From contig NC_057758.1 of NCBI RefSeq assembly GCF_004010195.1, positions 9,358,623 through 9,414,107 on the forward strand: 55,485 nucleotides of DNA, in the 5' to 3' direction. Origin of the DNA: Chiloscyllium plagiosum (lineage: Eukaryota). The position numbers were made by a program, and so were the translations under genes. Below, in pieces: positions 24,190 through 37,160 of the stretch (its first letter is position 1; each line of letters opens with the position of its first letter). Under the pieces are notes generated by a model that was not told the origin of the DNA, made no database searches, and saw only the letters and a program-made list of their open reading frames with translations.

Positions 24190-26210
24190 ATAATAGGTGA
24201 ATGGGCAAAGCAAGAGTGGGTTATTTCAATTCAGACTGAAAAAAAGATCCACAGGTTTGTTGTCGAAGGCACCAAGTTAAATACGGTGAATGAGAAACGA
24301 GATTCGAGGGTTCGTGGAGATATCTTTTGAAACTTTCAAACGCCTAAAATAATCAAGAATGCTCATGGAATTCTTGCCTTCATGCCGAAAGGGTTGGTGT
24401 ATAATGATGCGTAAGTTACATGGCAGTCAGGTTTCACTTGTAGTACTGTGATTAGATTTGGGTACCACACCTCAGGAAAATATTTTCGTTCTGGAACGAG
24501 TTCAACACAGGCTTACAAGAATAATATCAGACCTTCAGGCCTTAATTGAAGAAAAGAATGAGAAACAAAAGACTATTTTTTGTCTCTAGGAGTTATCTAA
24601 TCGACATCTTGCCGATATTAACAGGAAAAGTCACATTTGATGAAGATAAGCAACTTCCATTGGTTTAAGATTATACAATCTGAGGGCAGAATCCGGGTAA
24701 CAAAAACAGAATTTGCTGCAAATTCTCAGCAGGTCTGGAAATATCGGTTGGCAGAAAACTGAATTAACTTTCCGGGTCCAAAGATCCTTCTGTCTTTGTT
24801 TCTAATTCCCAATGTCCGCAGCCATTTTATTTTTTTCACACTATCTAATACTTAGCGCTAGACCATTCAGTAGAGATGCTAGAACGAACTTTGACACATA
24901 TTAAGGCGTGAAGGTTGGGACGTTTAATCCACAAAACGGAGTCGATGTTCATTCAACTGTTAAGTTTAAATCTGAGGTAGAGAGTTCTTTATTCAAGTAC
25001 CACACTGAGGTACTTGTCATGTGTATGGCGTTAGGCCACATGAATGCATTCAATAACGGAAAAGGACCAAGGGACTGAATGGCCTCGTTGTTTTCCAAAG
25101 TTCGTAAAGAAACAGAAAGTCTTCACTATAGGCATTAGTCTGTATATGAAGCCTTAGTCTCTGGATTGGAATTTTAACTCTCGCACTTCTGATTCATTGA
25201 CAAGCTTGTCACTAACGATTTAATGTCAACATCAGGTACACCCGCTTCTCACTTCGCCAATGCAAAGAGATAATACAACAAAAGATAGAATTCGGAAATA
25301 AAATGGAACAATGAACATATTTTCAAGGTTATATTGCACATGTGGGGGCACTTCGTAACTCCAAATCCTTTATCACAGTTTGTGCCAGATGCAGAGAGTA
25401 GCAAGTCTTTTGAAGGATAATTATAACAGAATTATCTGATATTCTTGGTTTGATTTTCATCAATATAAATAATAAATTCTTAGATGGAATTTGAAACAAG
25501 GCAGTACAGCATAACAACACATGTTTCAAATCACTACATGCCTGTAAGAAATCCAGTTCAGTTTTGTGTGATCAGAGTTATACAATTGTATGGTATTCGA
25601 ACATACGCTTTGTTTGAATTGGCCCATGACGAATATGCTCTTAATTTAAACTATTTCCTGACCTTGGCCCATATCCATCCAAACTTCATTTTTCATTAAC
25701 TTATCAAAATATATTTCAAATGTTCCAACTCTAAATGCATCCATCACTTTCTCTGACAGTTCATTCTACACACGAACCCCTCTATGTGTAAAAACACTTT
25801 GCCCTTGTGTCCTTTTAAGTTATATTTTCTCTTCTCATATAAATGATATGCCTCCTAATTTTGAACGGCTCCACCCTGGGAAAGACTCTTGACATTCTTG
25901 TTACTTATGCCCCGAATGATATTAAAAATCTCAATAATTTCACCCTCACCCTCCTGTGATCCAGTGCAAAATGATCTCAGCCTTTCAACTCGGTTTCCTG
26001 TCATAAACCCTTCATTCCTGTGAAATTATGTTTGAACCATTTCTAGTCTACTAATGCCTTTCCTACAACAGGGAAACCAGAACTTTACACCGTGTAACTG
26101 AAGAGGACGCAGCGACGTCCTATAAAACATCAATATGACTTCCCAACTCTTTTTAACAAAGGTCTGAGCAATGCAGGCAAACGTGCTAGACCTTCTTAAG
26201 CACTTATTGT
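24190..26210. mobile_element. Very old CR1 3' fragments (+ about 24190-25110; - about 25600-26210)
   Basis: Weak colinearity with CR1 3' ends elsewhere in the window. Confidence 0.5.
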
Positions 26211-26214
26211 ACTA

Positions 26215-26420
26215 GTGAGTTCTGAGAATATTTGTAGCTCAGGTGGTGGTTCTGGATGTAGGCTTGCTTGCTGAGCTGGAAGATTCGTTTCCAGACGTTT
26301 CATCACCCTACTCGCTAACATCTTCCGTGGGCCTCCGGATGAAGCACTGTTGATAATTCCTGCCTTCTATTTATATGTTTGGATGTCTTCGGGTTGCTGA
26401 TGTCGTTTCCAGCGTTTACA
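26215..26420 (-). mobile_element. 3' end of a second Poseidon-like PLE subfamily with a degenerate hammerhead (26291-26330)
   Basis: TTTGTAGCTCAGGTG..GCTGAGCTGG..CAGACGTTTC parallels 45557-45630. Confidence 0.7.
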
Positions 26421-27030
26421 TTTGATGTAAGTTTTAATAATTCACGTTAAATAGTATCTGTATTCACCTGAACAAATCTTGCATGAGCTGCAGAGAAATT
26501 CATGCCCATGTTTTTGCGATTGGAAAAGAGAAATTGATTTTACTACGGTACTTTGTTATGAGGTGTTCAACAAAATGATTCTTGTTATGTTCTTATATCA
26601 GTGTTCCACATGAGTCGTTATTGCTGTTTCTTTTGTGATATGTCAATGATCTGGATCATAACGTGCTGTGGTAATTTACGATTTTGGAGGTGATATTAAT
26701 TTGGGGAAGTTGTAAATTGTAAACTCCAAAATGATTCTGGTGCTTGTGAAGTGGATGGTTCGGTAAATATGGTCCAACGAGCATAAGTGTGAGGTGATTC
26801 AACAGAAAAACACAAAGTAATGGAAGATCTCCACAGGTCTGACAGCAACTATAGTGAGAAATAAGAGTTCGCAGTAGGAGGATATTCAGCCTCTCTCGGT
26901 CCATCTAACTGTACACTCTGTCTCCCTGTCCTGCTGTGTCTGATTGTGCTCTACCTACATGTTTATCCTTGTCTGACTGCGTGTTCTGTAACTACGCCTT
27001 ACTGCCCGACTGGGCGATGTCTCTACCTGG

Positions 27031-27160
27031 TAAAAACAATGACTGCAGACGCTGGAAACCAGATTCTGGATCAGTGGTGCTGGAAGAGCACAGCAATTCA
27101 GGCAGCATCCGACGAGCAGCAAAAAAGACGTTTCGGGCAAAAGCCCTTCATCAGGAATAA
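27031..27160 (-). mobile_element. Short PLE-derived element with an intact hammerhead core (27127-27154)
   Basis: Minus strand reads CUGAUGA-A-GGGC-UUUU-GCCC-GAAA-CGUC. Confidence 0.8.
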
Positions 27161-27999
27161 AAGCCTGGTCGTCTCTGTCCAACCGTGCTCCCTCTACCTA
27201 TTCATCTCTCTGTCTGTGTGCTTCCTACCCGACAATAGGTTAATTGCTTTTAACGAATTTCATCGACCATTTTATGCCTGAAGGCAAAGATAGTTTAGTC
27301 TCGATGTCATCCAAACCTGCCACATTAGCGACTTTGCTACTCAAGGCTCGCACCTGTGGGCGTTTAGAAGAAGCAGAGATATATCATTTTGTCAGTGCTT
27401 CCAGCTGATGGCTTCGGATTTTTTTTTTTGCATTGATGTGGTAGACTGTCCTATTATCGAGGGTCGAGTTATTAGTAGTGTGTCCTCAATACTCCACCAC
27501 TATTCACGACCGGCATGGTAGCAGTGAAGAGCTCAAATCTGATCTGAGGGTTGTTAGATCTCTAACTTTGCCCATCACATTTTGCTTCTGGGGTTGGCAC
27601 TTAAGTAGTGGTAAGCTAACCACCCTGTCGCCAGGCTCAAGTTTGTCACAGAACGTGTGCGGGAATTTCTTCTGGAGCAGAATCAAAAGACAGAGATTTA
27701 GCCCGATTTCGTGATAATGACATAGGTAGGAAGGGGGATCTGACACATTAAACACATTTCAGGCTGGTGATAAATCAGATTGTAAAGCAACACCTGAAAA
27801 ACCATAATCTCTGAATCACTGAAAGTTCCAAGTATTCGTGAGAATAAAAGCAAATGCCTTTAGTAGTTGAACAGCAGCCTGAACACCTCGTTTAAGTGGG
27901 TGAACATCGTATTTAAATGAACGAAATCAAAGTTAAAATTAAGTTAGTTGAAATAAGTAAATGCTGCAGTGAACGGACGTGTTATATTAAATCACAAAG

Positions 28000-28873
28000 T
28001 CTTAGAATCCGACAGCATGGAAACAGACAATTCAGTCCATCCGTCGATGCTGACCATAATCCCAAACTAAACTAGCCGTTCCTGCCTCCTTTTGGCTCAT
28101 ATCCATGCAAATATTTCTTATTCATGTTTCTATCCAAATGTATTTTAATCACTGCAGTCGTACTCACATTGACCCGTTTTCCTGCACATTCATGGCACAT
28201 ACGATCCATCTCTGTGTACAAAAAATGCCCCCATGTCATTTTTTAAACTTTCTCCTCCCACCTTAAAACTGTGCTGCCTAATCTTCAATCACTCCACCCG
28301 AGGAAATAGCCACATATAATGCACATTAACGACTCTCCTGATCACTTTATTAACGTCTATAAGGTCACCTCTTAGAACATAGAACATAGAACAATACAAC
28401 GCAGAACTGGCCCTTCAGCCCTCGATTTTGCGTCGATCTGTGAACTCTTCTCAGCTCGTCCCCCTACACTATCCCAAAACCATCCATTTGCTTATCTAAG
28501 GACTGTTTAAATCTCCCTAACGTCGCTGAGTTAACTACATTAGCAGGTAGGGCATTCCACGCCCTGAGCACTCTCTGTGTAAAGAAACTGCCTCTGACAT
28601 CTGACTTAAATCTATCACCCCTCAATTTGTAATTATGCCCCCTCGAACAAGCTGACGTCATCATCCTAGGAAAAAGATTTTCACTGTCTCCCTCTTATGC
28701 TTTTACGAATGCGCACAATTTCAAATTGACGGGTGATAGATTTAAGACAGATGTCAGAGGGCAGCTTCTTTGCACAGAGAGTGGTAAGGGCGTGGCGACC
28801 TGCTAATGGATTCAACTCAGCCACATAAGGGATATTTTGACAGTCCTTAGATAAGCACATGGATGATTTTGGG
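28000..28873. mobile_element. CR1 3'-end fragments: minus 28000-28700 (two nested tails), plus 28722-28873
   Basis: (AGAACAT)n tail at 28374; RGHNYKLRGDRFKSDVRGSFFTQRV; the plus piece is inverted relative to 28473-28628. Confidence 0.8.
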
Positions 28874-28984
28874 TTCCCAGTCTTCTCCTTACATCCCTTC
28901 ATAAACAAATGCACAACACTAGCCACTCTCCAGTCATTCAGCAGCTTACTCATATTGATACATGGTACAACTATATCTGCAAGG

Positions 28985-31900
28985 GGTCCCGCAAATTATT
29001 AGAGCATGGATCAGTACTTGGAGCTGCCATGTTGTGGCCATTCTGGAAACGTGCGTACCACAAGGGCAGGAATGGTCGTCGAATGTTCCGCGGTTAGATG
29101 CTTCCAAAACAATACGGAGGGAGATAAACGAGATGGGAGATTGGCATTGCAAATCAGGAATACTAGCACATTTGAAGAAAGGGAGGTTGTCGAGGATGGT
29201 TTATCTACAGAGTCAGTATGAGTGGAATTCAGAAGCATGGAAGTAGCAGTAAATTTGTTGGGAGTCTTCTACTGACCCCGTCCCTCAATAGCAACATATA
29301 CAGAGAGGATTGGGAGACACAATTTGAAAGGATGCAGAAATAACAGGTTGTTATCATGGGTGAAATAAAATTTCCTAATATTGCTTGGAACTTATTTAGT
29401 GTAAATAGTATTAGACAAGAACCGTGGACCATAAATTGGTAACAGATATTCTTAGGGAATTGCATGATAAAAGCGTGGAGGCTATTGAGGGAGCACTTGC
29501 TGTGATTCTTGCATCGGTTTGTCCCACTCGGCCAAGGAAGGGATCATAGGTTAAGAAATCTTGCATGACGACAGTTGTGAAATATCGAGTCAAGAGGAAG
29601 AGGGAATCAGGAGGAAAAGGGAAGGTTACTTCAGGTTAAGGAAACAATGATCAGACAAGGTTCTGGACGGTTACAAGGTAGCCAGGAAGAAACTGAAGAA
29701 CGGACTTACAGAGGTAGAAGGGAGCACAGAAAAACTTTAGCGGGTACGTTAAGAAAATCCTGAAGGTGTTCTACACTTATGTGAGAAACAGAGGATGGCC
29801 AGCCTGAAGTTAGGACCGATCAGGGATAGTAGGGGGAACATGTGGTTGGAGTTGGACGAGGTAGGAAAGATCTTTAACGAATACATTGCTTCACTATTCA
29901 CTAGTGAGAGTGACCTTATCGTTTGCGAGGACAGCATATAAAAGGCAGATATGCTCGAACAGGTTGATGTTAAGAATGACGATGTGTTGACAATTTTGAA
30001 ACGCATGATGATAGATCAGTCCCCTGAGCCAGACAGGATAGAACCAAAGTTATTACGGGAAGTGAGGGAAGTTTTTGCTGCGCTTTCGCCAATGATCTTT
30101 GCAGCCTTATTAGAGTATTACTGGATGATTGAGGGTGACAAACATTATTCACTTGCTCAAGAACAGGAATAGGCACAATCTGGGAATTAACGACAAACCA
30201 GTCATATGTTTGTTGTGGGCAAACTATTGGAGAGGATTCTGAGAGACAGGACTTATTGATTCTTTGAAAATGTGCACACAGGTTATTGAGAGTCGGCATG
30301 GCTTTCTAATGGGCAGATGATGCCTAACAAGTCTTATTGCATTCTTTGAGGATGTGACAAAACACAAAGATGAAGGTAAAGCAGTGGATATACTATATGT
30401 GTAGTTTAACAATGCAATTGATAAGGATCCTCATGGTAGGGTCGTTTAGAAAGTAACACGGCCTGAGATACAGGATATGTTGGCGGTCTGGTTACAGAAT
30501 TAACTGGCCCATAGAAGATCGAGTGTGATAGTAGATGAAACGTTTTCAGCTGGGAGCTTGGTGACCAATGGTGTGCCACAGAGATTTGCTCTGTGACCTC
30601 AGTTATCCGTGATTTTTATAATTGACTTCAATGAGGAAGTGGAAGTGTGGGTTAGTAAGTTTGCTGATGACGGGGATCCAAGATGGCGGTGACCCAGCAA
30701 GTCTGAGTCTACAGTGCTCCTCCCAAGACTTGGGCAAAGTGGGCCACCCACACCCACCACACTCACCAAATCATTTAAAATAGCTGTTTAATTTAATTAG
30801 CTGCTTCGTATTAAATTTAAACAATCTAATCTTCAGTAAAAATGACTAAAGGGAAGGGAGCCCGCAGCTCTCAGCAAGCAGGAACATCTCCCCCACCCTC
30901 TACAGCTGCAGCTGAGGCGTCCACAGCCGATCGGGGGACTTACTTACGGTGGAAAGCCTCTTGGAAATAATCTCCAAACTGGATGCGAAGATCGACGCTT
31001 TTATTGAAGAATCCCGAAGTCGATGGGAATCACTCTCGGCCGCGCTGCAAAAGCACGACCGAGACATTAAGGAAATCGAGCGCAAAGTCGGAGGGGCGGA
31101 GCTCAAGGCCGCGACCTCCGAAACTACAGCGCAATCGGCCGTGGATTGGATCCGGACTCTCGAACAGCGAGTCCGGACCTGAGAGAATCATATTGATGAC
31201 CTCGATATTGTAGGTCGTCGAAAAAATATTCGTTTGCTGGGCCTTCCGAACGGGAAGGGGAAGGCCAGCTTACAGCGTTTCTCGAACAGTGGCTGCCACA
31301 GCTTTTAAATCTGGAGGCTGGATCAGGCCAGGTAAGGGTAGAATCGGCCTACTGGGTTGCAATACGCGGGCCCAGCTTGAACCAGCCTCTCCGCCCGGTC
31401 CTGTTCCGGTTGCAGAGCTCTAAGGAGAGGCAGATACTCCTAGAAGCCTCTAGAAATCTTGGAAAAGATTCCCAAGCCATGATATATAAAGGATCCAAGA
31501 TCATGTTATTCCAGGACTTTTCACCAGATCTGGTCCGAAAAAGGAAGGCATTTGATGGGGCGAAGAAGTGTTTAAGGGACTTAAATATTCAGTACTCCTT
31601 ACGCTACCCAGCGACGCTACGCTTTAACCATGAAAGATCCATGTATAATTTCGGATCGCCGGAAAAGGCTAAAGAATGTTTGGACTCTCTTAGATAAATC
31701 GAAAGAGATAATGGATGTTGGTTTGCCTTCCCCCCCACTCCGGTTTATATCACCCCCCCCCCTTTACTTTTTTTTACCTTACTGTTTAATATTATCTTGG
31801 GGAGTGGTGAGAGGGATTTATTTATTTGTTCTCTATTTAACGATTTTCTCCCCCACCTCGGGTGATTTTTAAAAATAAGTATCGGGAGATATGGACAATC

Positions 31901-33730
31901 TGCTTAAAACATGGGATCAGGATTTGGGACTAGAAATCTCTATAGAAATGTGGAATGACATTTGGGAAAACGCCAGAAGAATCACCATCTGTAACAGAAC
32001 CCAGGCTATCCAGCTGAAGATACTTCATAGGGCCCATATAGCACCGGATCGATTGGCAAATTTAAGGCAGGAGCATCTCCAATGTGTCCCAAATGTAAAA
32101 TAGAGGTGGGCACTCTTGTACGTTGCCTATGGACCTGTCATAAGATCCGTAGATACTGGACTAAAGTAGCAAGTACGCTGACAGAAATTTTAGGAACGGA
32201 AATTAACGTGGACCCTGTATCTCTCCTTTTGGGCTTTTCGAACTTTCCCTCCCTGGACATGTACGGGAAGAGACAATTTTCTATTCTCTCGTTCTGTGCA
32301 TGGAAAAATATTTTGGCAAACTGGGTGGCTGAGGGCCCCCCTGGACTTTCAAATTGGCACAGATTAATTATGGAATGTATGGAATTATTTCATAAAATAT
32401 GGTACCCCTTCTTGAATTATATAAATACAGCTATTTCGGCTATCCTAACAAGGGCTTTTATTTAATTGAGATTAAGCACCCGGCTGGTCCGGGGTCCCTT
32501 GGGAGAGGAATCCCGCACGAATACAGTTTTGTTACATTTGATGTTAACACATTCCGAGCATGTATCTCACTACCCAATTTCTGTGTTATCCGTTGTTTCT
32601 TCTTTCTTTCTCTTATTTGAATAATGTAAGACACTTAAATATACACTCTGGTTAGTTGTAGGTTAGATTAGTAATTAGTTGAGTTTTGTTTTTTTTTCTT
32701 TCTTGGTATTTTTCTTTTGTTAAATTTTGGTTATTATATATTTAAGATTTAATTGTATATCAATGTTTGCACTTGAGATTTTTGTTTATCTTTGTAAACT
32801 TTAAAAATGTTAAGTTTCTAATAAAAATATCTATCAAAAAGTTTGCTGATGACAGAAAGGTTGTTGGAGTTGTGGATAGTGTAGAGAGCTGTTTTAGATT
32901 TCAATGGGACATTGACAGGATACATTCTGGACTGAGAAATGGCAGATGGAGTTCAAACTGGAAACTATGAAGTGCTTCATTTAGGAAAGTCGAATTTGAA
33001 CGCAGATTACAGGGTTATAGGCAGGATTCTTGAAACATGGAGGAGCAGAGGGATCGTGGCATCCACGTCCATCAATCCTTCAAAGTTGCCATTCAGGTTA
33101 ATAGGTTATTGAGAAGGTGAAAAGTGTGCTGGCTTGAATGATGAGGGGGAGCGATTTTAAGAGCCGCAAGGTTATGCTGCAGCTCTATAAAGCCCTGACT
33201 AGACCACACTTGGAATCTTCTGGTCAGTTTTCATGCCGAATTAGTGGAAGGATGTTAAAACCTGAGAGATAGTGCAGAGGAAATTTGTCCAGGATGCTGC
33301 CTGGACTGGAGAGCATGTCTAATGAAGAAAGGTTCAGGGAGCTATGGCTTTTCTTCTTGAAGAGAAAAATGATGAGGAGTGACGTGAGGTATACAGAATG
33401 ATAAGAAGGATAGTTAGAGTGGATAGCCACATACATTTTTCTACTCGGGCGGAAACGGGTATCATGAGGAGGAATAATAGTAATGTGATTGGTAGAAGGT
33501 GTCGGGGCATTGTAAAGTAGGTTCTTTGTATCGAGAGTGTTGGGTGCATGGAATGGATTGCTTGCATGGTAATCAAGTCAGATACATGAGGGATATTTAA
33601 GTGACACGTCGATAGGCAAGAGTAATGAAACGAAGGTAATATAGATTGGTTTGATCTTAGAGTCAGATAAAAGGTCGGTATAACATCGAGGACGGAAGAG
33701 CCTGTACTGTGCTGTGCTGTTCGATACTCA
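28985..33730 (+). mobile_element. Decayed CR1 LINE (APE-RT-3' end) split by an L1 insertion
   Basis: APE and RT remnants; the RT KFADD codons are duplicated either side of 30672-32838. Confidence 0.85.
30672..32838 (+). mobile_element. Internally deleted L1-clade element: 5' UTR, ORF1 (frameshifted), last part of ORF2, 3' UTR
   Basis: 15-bp TSD AAGTTTGCTGATGAC (30657-30671 / 32839-32853); starts GGGGATCCAAGATGGCGG; ORF1 GRRKNIRLLGLP and FQDFSPDLVRKRKAF..YPATL; C-terminal CPKC..LWTC; AATAAA near the 3' end. Confidence 0.92.
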
Positions 33731-34065
33731 TTTTATATATCAAAAGCCTTCCTCAGCACCCCATCCACGTGTGGTCCCATTTTCAAAAAGCTATGAACCT
33801 CTTTACTAAGATTTCTCCAGTGCCTTCACGTTGATGATTGATATTTCAACGACACAACCGACCACAAAATTCCTTGTCAAAACCTTGCTCAAGTGCTTGT
33901 GACCCATGTCTGCCTCTCTGCCCTCTCGACTTTCTTGGTAACCTTTTTTTAAAGAAAATCAATCAATTTCAGAGAGATACGATTTCCCAACCATACAGTA
34001 TGCGGACCATACGAAATGATTCCTTGCCTCTCTATCTGCCTGCAAATACTATCTCTCGGGATCCC

Positions 34066-37000
34066 CAAATTTGTACTGGCCCCCGGCACACCCCTTTAAA
34101 TTTATGACGGAAGCCTTCTCAAAATTGATGGTTCTTGGTGCCCGTCATACAATTAAAAGGGGAGACTTTAATTGTATTATGGATCCGGAAATAGATAGGA
34201 TTCCCAAGAGTACTGCAGGAGTATCTCCCAGATCTAGACAATTGGTGGATCTGAACAAAGAATTAGGATTAGTAGATGTATGGAGATGTCTTCATCCACA
34301 GGGCAGAGATTTTTCTTTTTACTCTAATCCACACAAATGTCATACCAGAATTGATATGATTTTTGCCCCCTCAATTTTTTAAAATTCCATATCATTTTAT
34401 AAAATAGGTAGTATAGCAATTTCCAACCACGCTGCTGTATATATGGAAATCAAGGCGAAGAACAACAGGACATCCCCTCGGCATTGGCGTATGGACCCGT
34501 TCCTGATGAAAGATAGTAAATTTGTAAAGTACTTCTCTCAAGAATTTAAAACTTTTTTAGAAATTAATTTAGGTACGGTTAAATTATGTGGGAGACCATC
34601 AAAGCTTACGCGCAATGTTTGATCATCTCCTACTCAGCGACCCAGAAAAAAGTAAAGGGAGAACAACAGCGTCTGCTCGAAGCTCGCTTAAAAGCAGCTG
34701 AAACAGCATACGCTGGTAGACCTTCTATTATCAAATTGCAAAGGATTACGGACCTTGGGAAATCTCTAAACACCACGCTTACCCAAACGGCTAAGAGGGA
34801 AATATTATTTGCAAAACAAAGGTTATATGAATTTGGCGACAAGCCGGGTAGATACTTAGCATTTCTTGCAAAGAAAAAAAAGGCCCCTCAAACTGTCACG
34901 TCTATCAAAGAAAGTACGGGTATTCTGACTCATGATCATAAAAGGATTAATACAATCTTTTGAAAATTTTATTCTGATTTATATGAATCGCAGGATTGTG
35001 AAGACAGGACTAGGAGGATGCAATCATTTTTAAATAAATTTGACGTTTCCGGGTCTAACTCTGGAACAGGTATCGGTCTTAAATGCTCTCCTAACAGTCC
35101 AAGAAATACTTGACGCAATCAGGCAATTTCAGAGCGGTAAGTCACGTGGCCCAGATGGTTTTCAAGCTGAATTCTATAAAGAATTTACAAAAATATTTGC
35201 TGGCCCACTTATGGACATGTATAACTATGCATAAAGTCAGGGCTGTCTCCCGCCTTTGCTGAAAGAGGCAAATATCTCTCTTATCCTTGAAAAAGGAAAG
35301 GGTCCAGAAGATTGTGCGTCATACAGACCAATATCCTTGCTAAATGTAGATTTTAAAATCCTTTCTAAAACGTTAGCATTGAGACTAGAAAGGGTACTGC
35401 CACAAATCATAAAGGAGGATCAGATGGGGTTTATTAAGGGCCGTAGATCATCCAATAATATTAGAAGGGTTTTGAATATGATTCAAGCCTGCCATCAGGG
35501 AAAGATACCAGGAGTAGTAGTCTCATTAGACGCGGAAAAGGCATTCAATAGGGTTGAATGGTCATATTTGTTTTACACATTGGAAAGGTTTGGCCTTGGA
35601 AAGGTGTTTACCAAATGGGTCTCAACATTGTATAGTGATCCGAAAGCAGTTGTGGTTACCAATGGATTAGGTTCGGATAGCTTCAATCTGGGTAGGGGCT
35701 GCTGTCAGGAATGTTCTCTCTCTCGCCATTGTTATTTACGCTAATAATTGAACCACTAGCAGAAGCTATACGGGCTGATCCTAATATAGTGGCCCCAAGG
35801 ATTGGTACAGGTAAGCATAAAATTACCCTGTATGCAGATGATGTTCTTCTCTTCCTCAGTAATCCTCTGATGGCCGTGCCTCGCTTTATCCAAGTTATTA
35901 ATACATTTACCGCATTCTCAGGCTATATAATTAATTTCTGAAAATCGGAGGCTATGCATACTGACCAGTATTTGGTCAATTATACAAGGCTACATTTATG
36001 CATTTACTAGAAAGGATAAGGCAGGACCTCCAGCGATGGGGAGACCTTCCAATTTCCTGGCTGGGTAGAATAGCACTAATTAAAATGAATGTCCTGCCCC
36101 GTCTCCTATACCCTATGAGAATGCTTCCGGTGATGCTGCCGAGGCTGGCACTACGTAAGTTATATGGCTGGTTGGGTTCCTTTATCTCGAATCATAGACG
36201 GCCCCTCATTAAGCTGAAGAAGCTACAGCTTCCACAGACAAGGGGAGGATTGAACTGCTCAGATTTTAGGAAATGTCAGTTAAGTTCCCCATTAATTTAC
36301 ATAGCTGATTGGGTCTTGTCTGACCCTCAATCAATCTGGCTGAACGTCGAGGCTTCTCAAGTAAAATGCCCACTTATTAACCTTTTATTTTCAGACAAGA
36401 GGAAAGTCATTACAGATTACTGCAAAAACCCTATAATACTAAACAGAATTAAAGCTTGGAATATAATGCGGCAAAATGAGGGCAACTCACATAAAACATC
36501 CCCCTATACGTCGATAGTGGGAGCATGGGGATTCCAACCGGGGTTTACAGATGCCACTTTTAAAGTCTGGAGATCCAGGGGTATCTCATGTCTAGGGGAC
36601 CTATTTAAAGATGGGGTCCTGATGTTTTTTGAACAGCTGCATCAGAAATTCAGATCACCTAATGGAGACCACTTTCGATACTTCCAAATTCGAAATTATA
36701 TACAGAAGAAGAATACGTTATTAGATAGTCTTTATAAATCAAATAGAGAATGTAGAGTACTACTACCAATGGGTGTATCTTCCATCAATACTATTAATCA
36801 TTTACTACATGATGAAGTATCGGGAGATATGGACAATCTGCTTAAAACATGGGATCAGGATCTGGGACTAGAAATCTCTATAGAAACGTGGAATGACATT
36901 TGGGAAAACGCCAGAAGAATCACCATCTGTAACAGAACTCAGGCTATCCAGCTGAAGATACTTCATAGGACCCATATAGCACCGGACGATTGGCAAAATT

Positions 37001-37160
37001 TAAGGCAGGAGCACCTCCAATGTGTCCCAAATGTAAAATAGAGGTGGGCACTCTTGTACATTGCTTATGGACCTGTCATAAGATCTGTAGATATTGGACT
37101 AAAGTAGCAAGTACCCTGACAGAAAGTTTCGGAACGGAAATTAAAGTGGACCCTGTATCT
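34066..37160 (+). mobile_element. L1-clade ORF2 fragment (endonuclease C-terminal half, RT, CCHC region), disrupted
   Basis: GDFNC, TRIDM, GPDGF, SYRPISLLNVDFKIL, SLDAEKAF, LYADD, GRIALIKMNVLP, CPKC..HCLWTC. Confidence 0.93.

Noticed and set aside
35998..37041. 347-aa ORF as a host gene
   Set aside because: It is the post-RT part of a frameshifted L1 ORF2.
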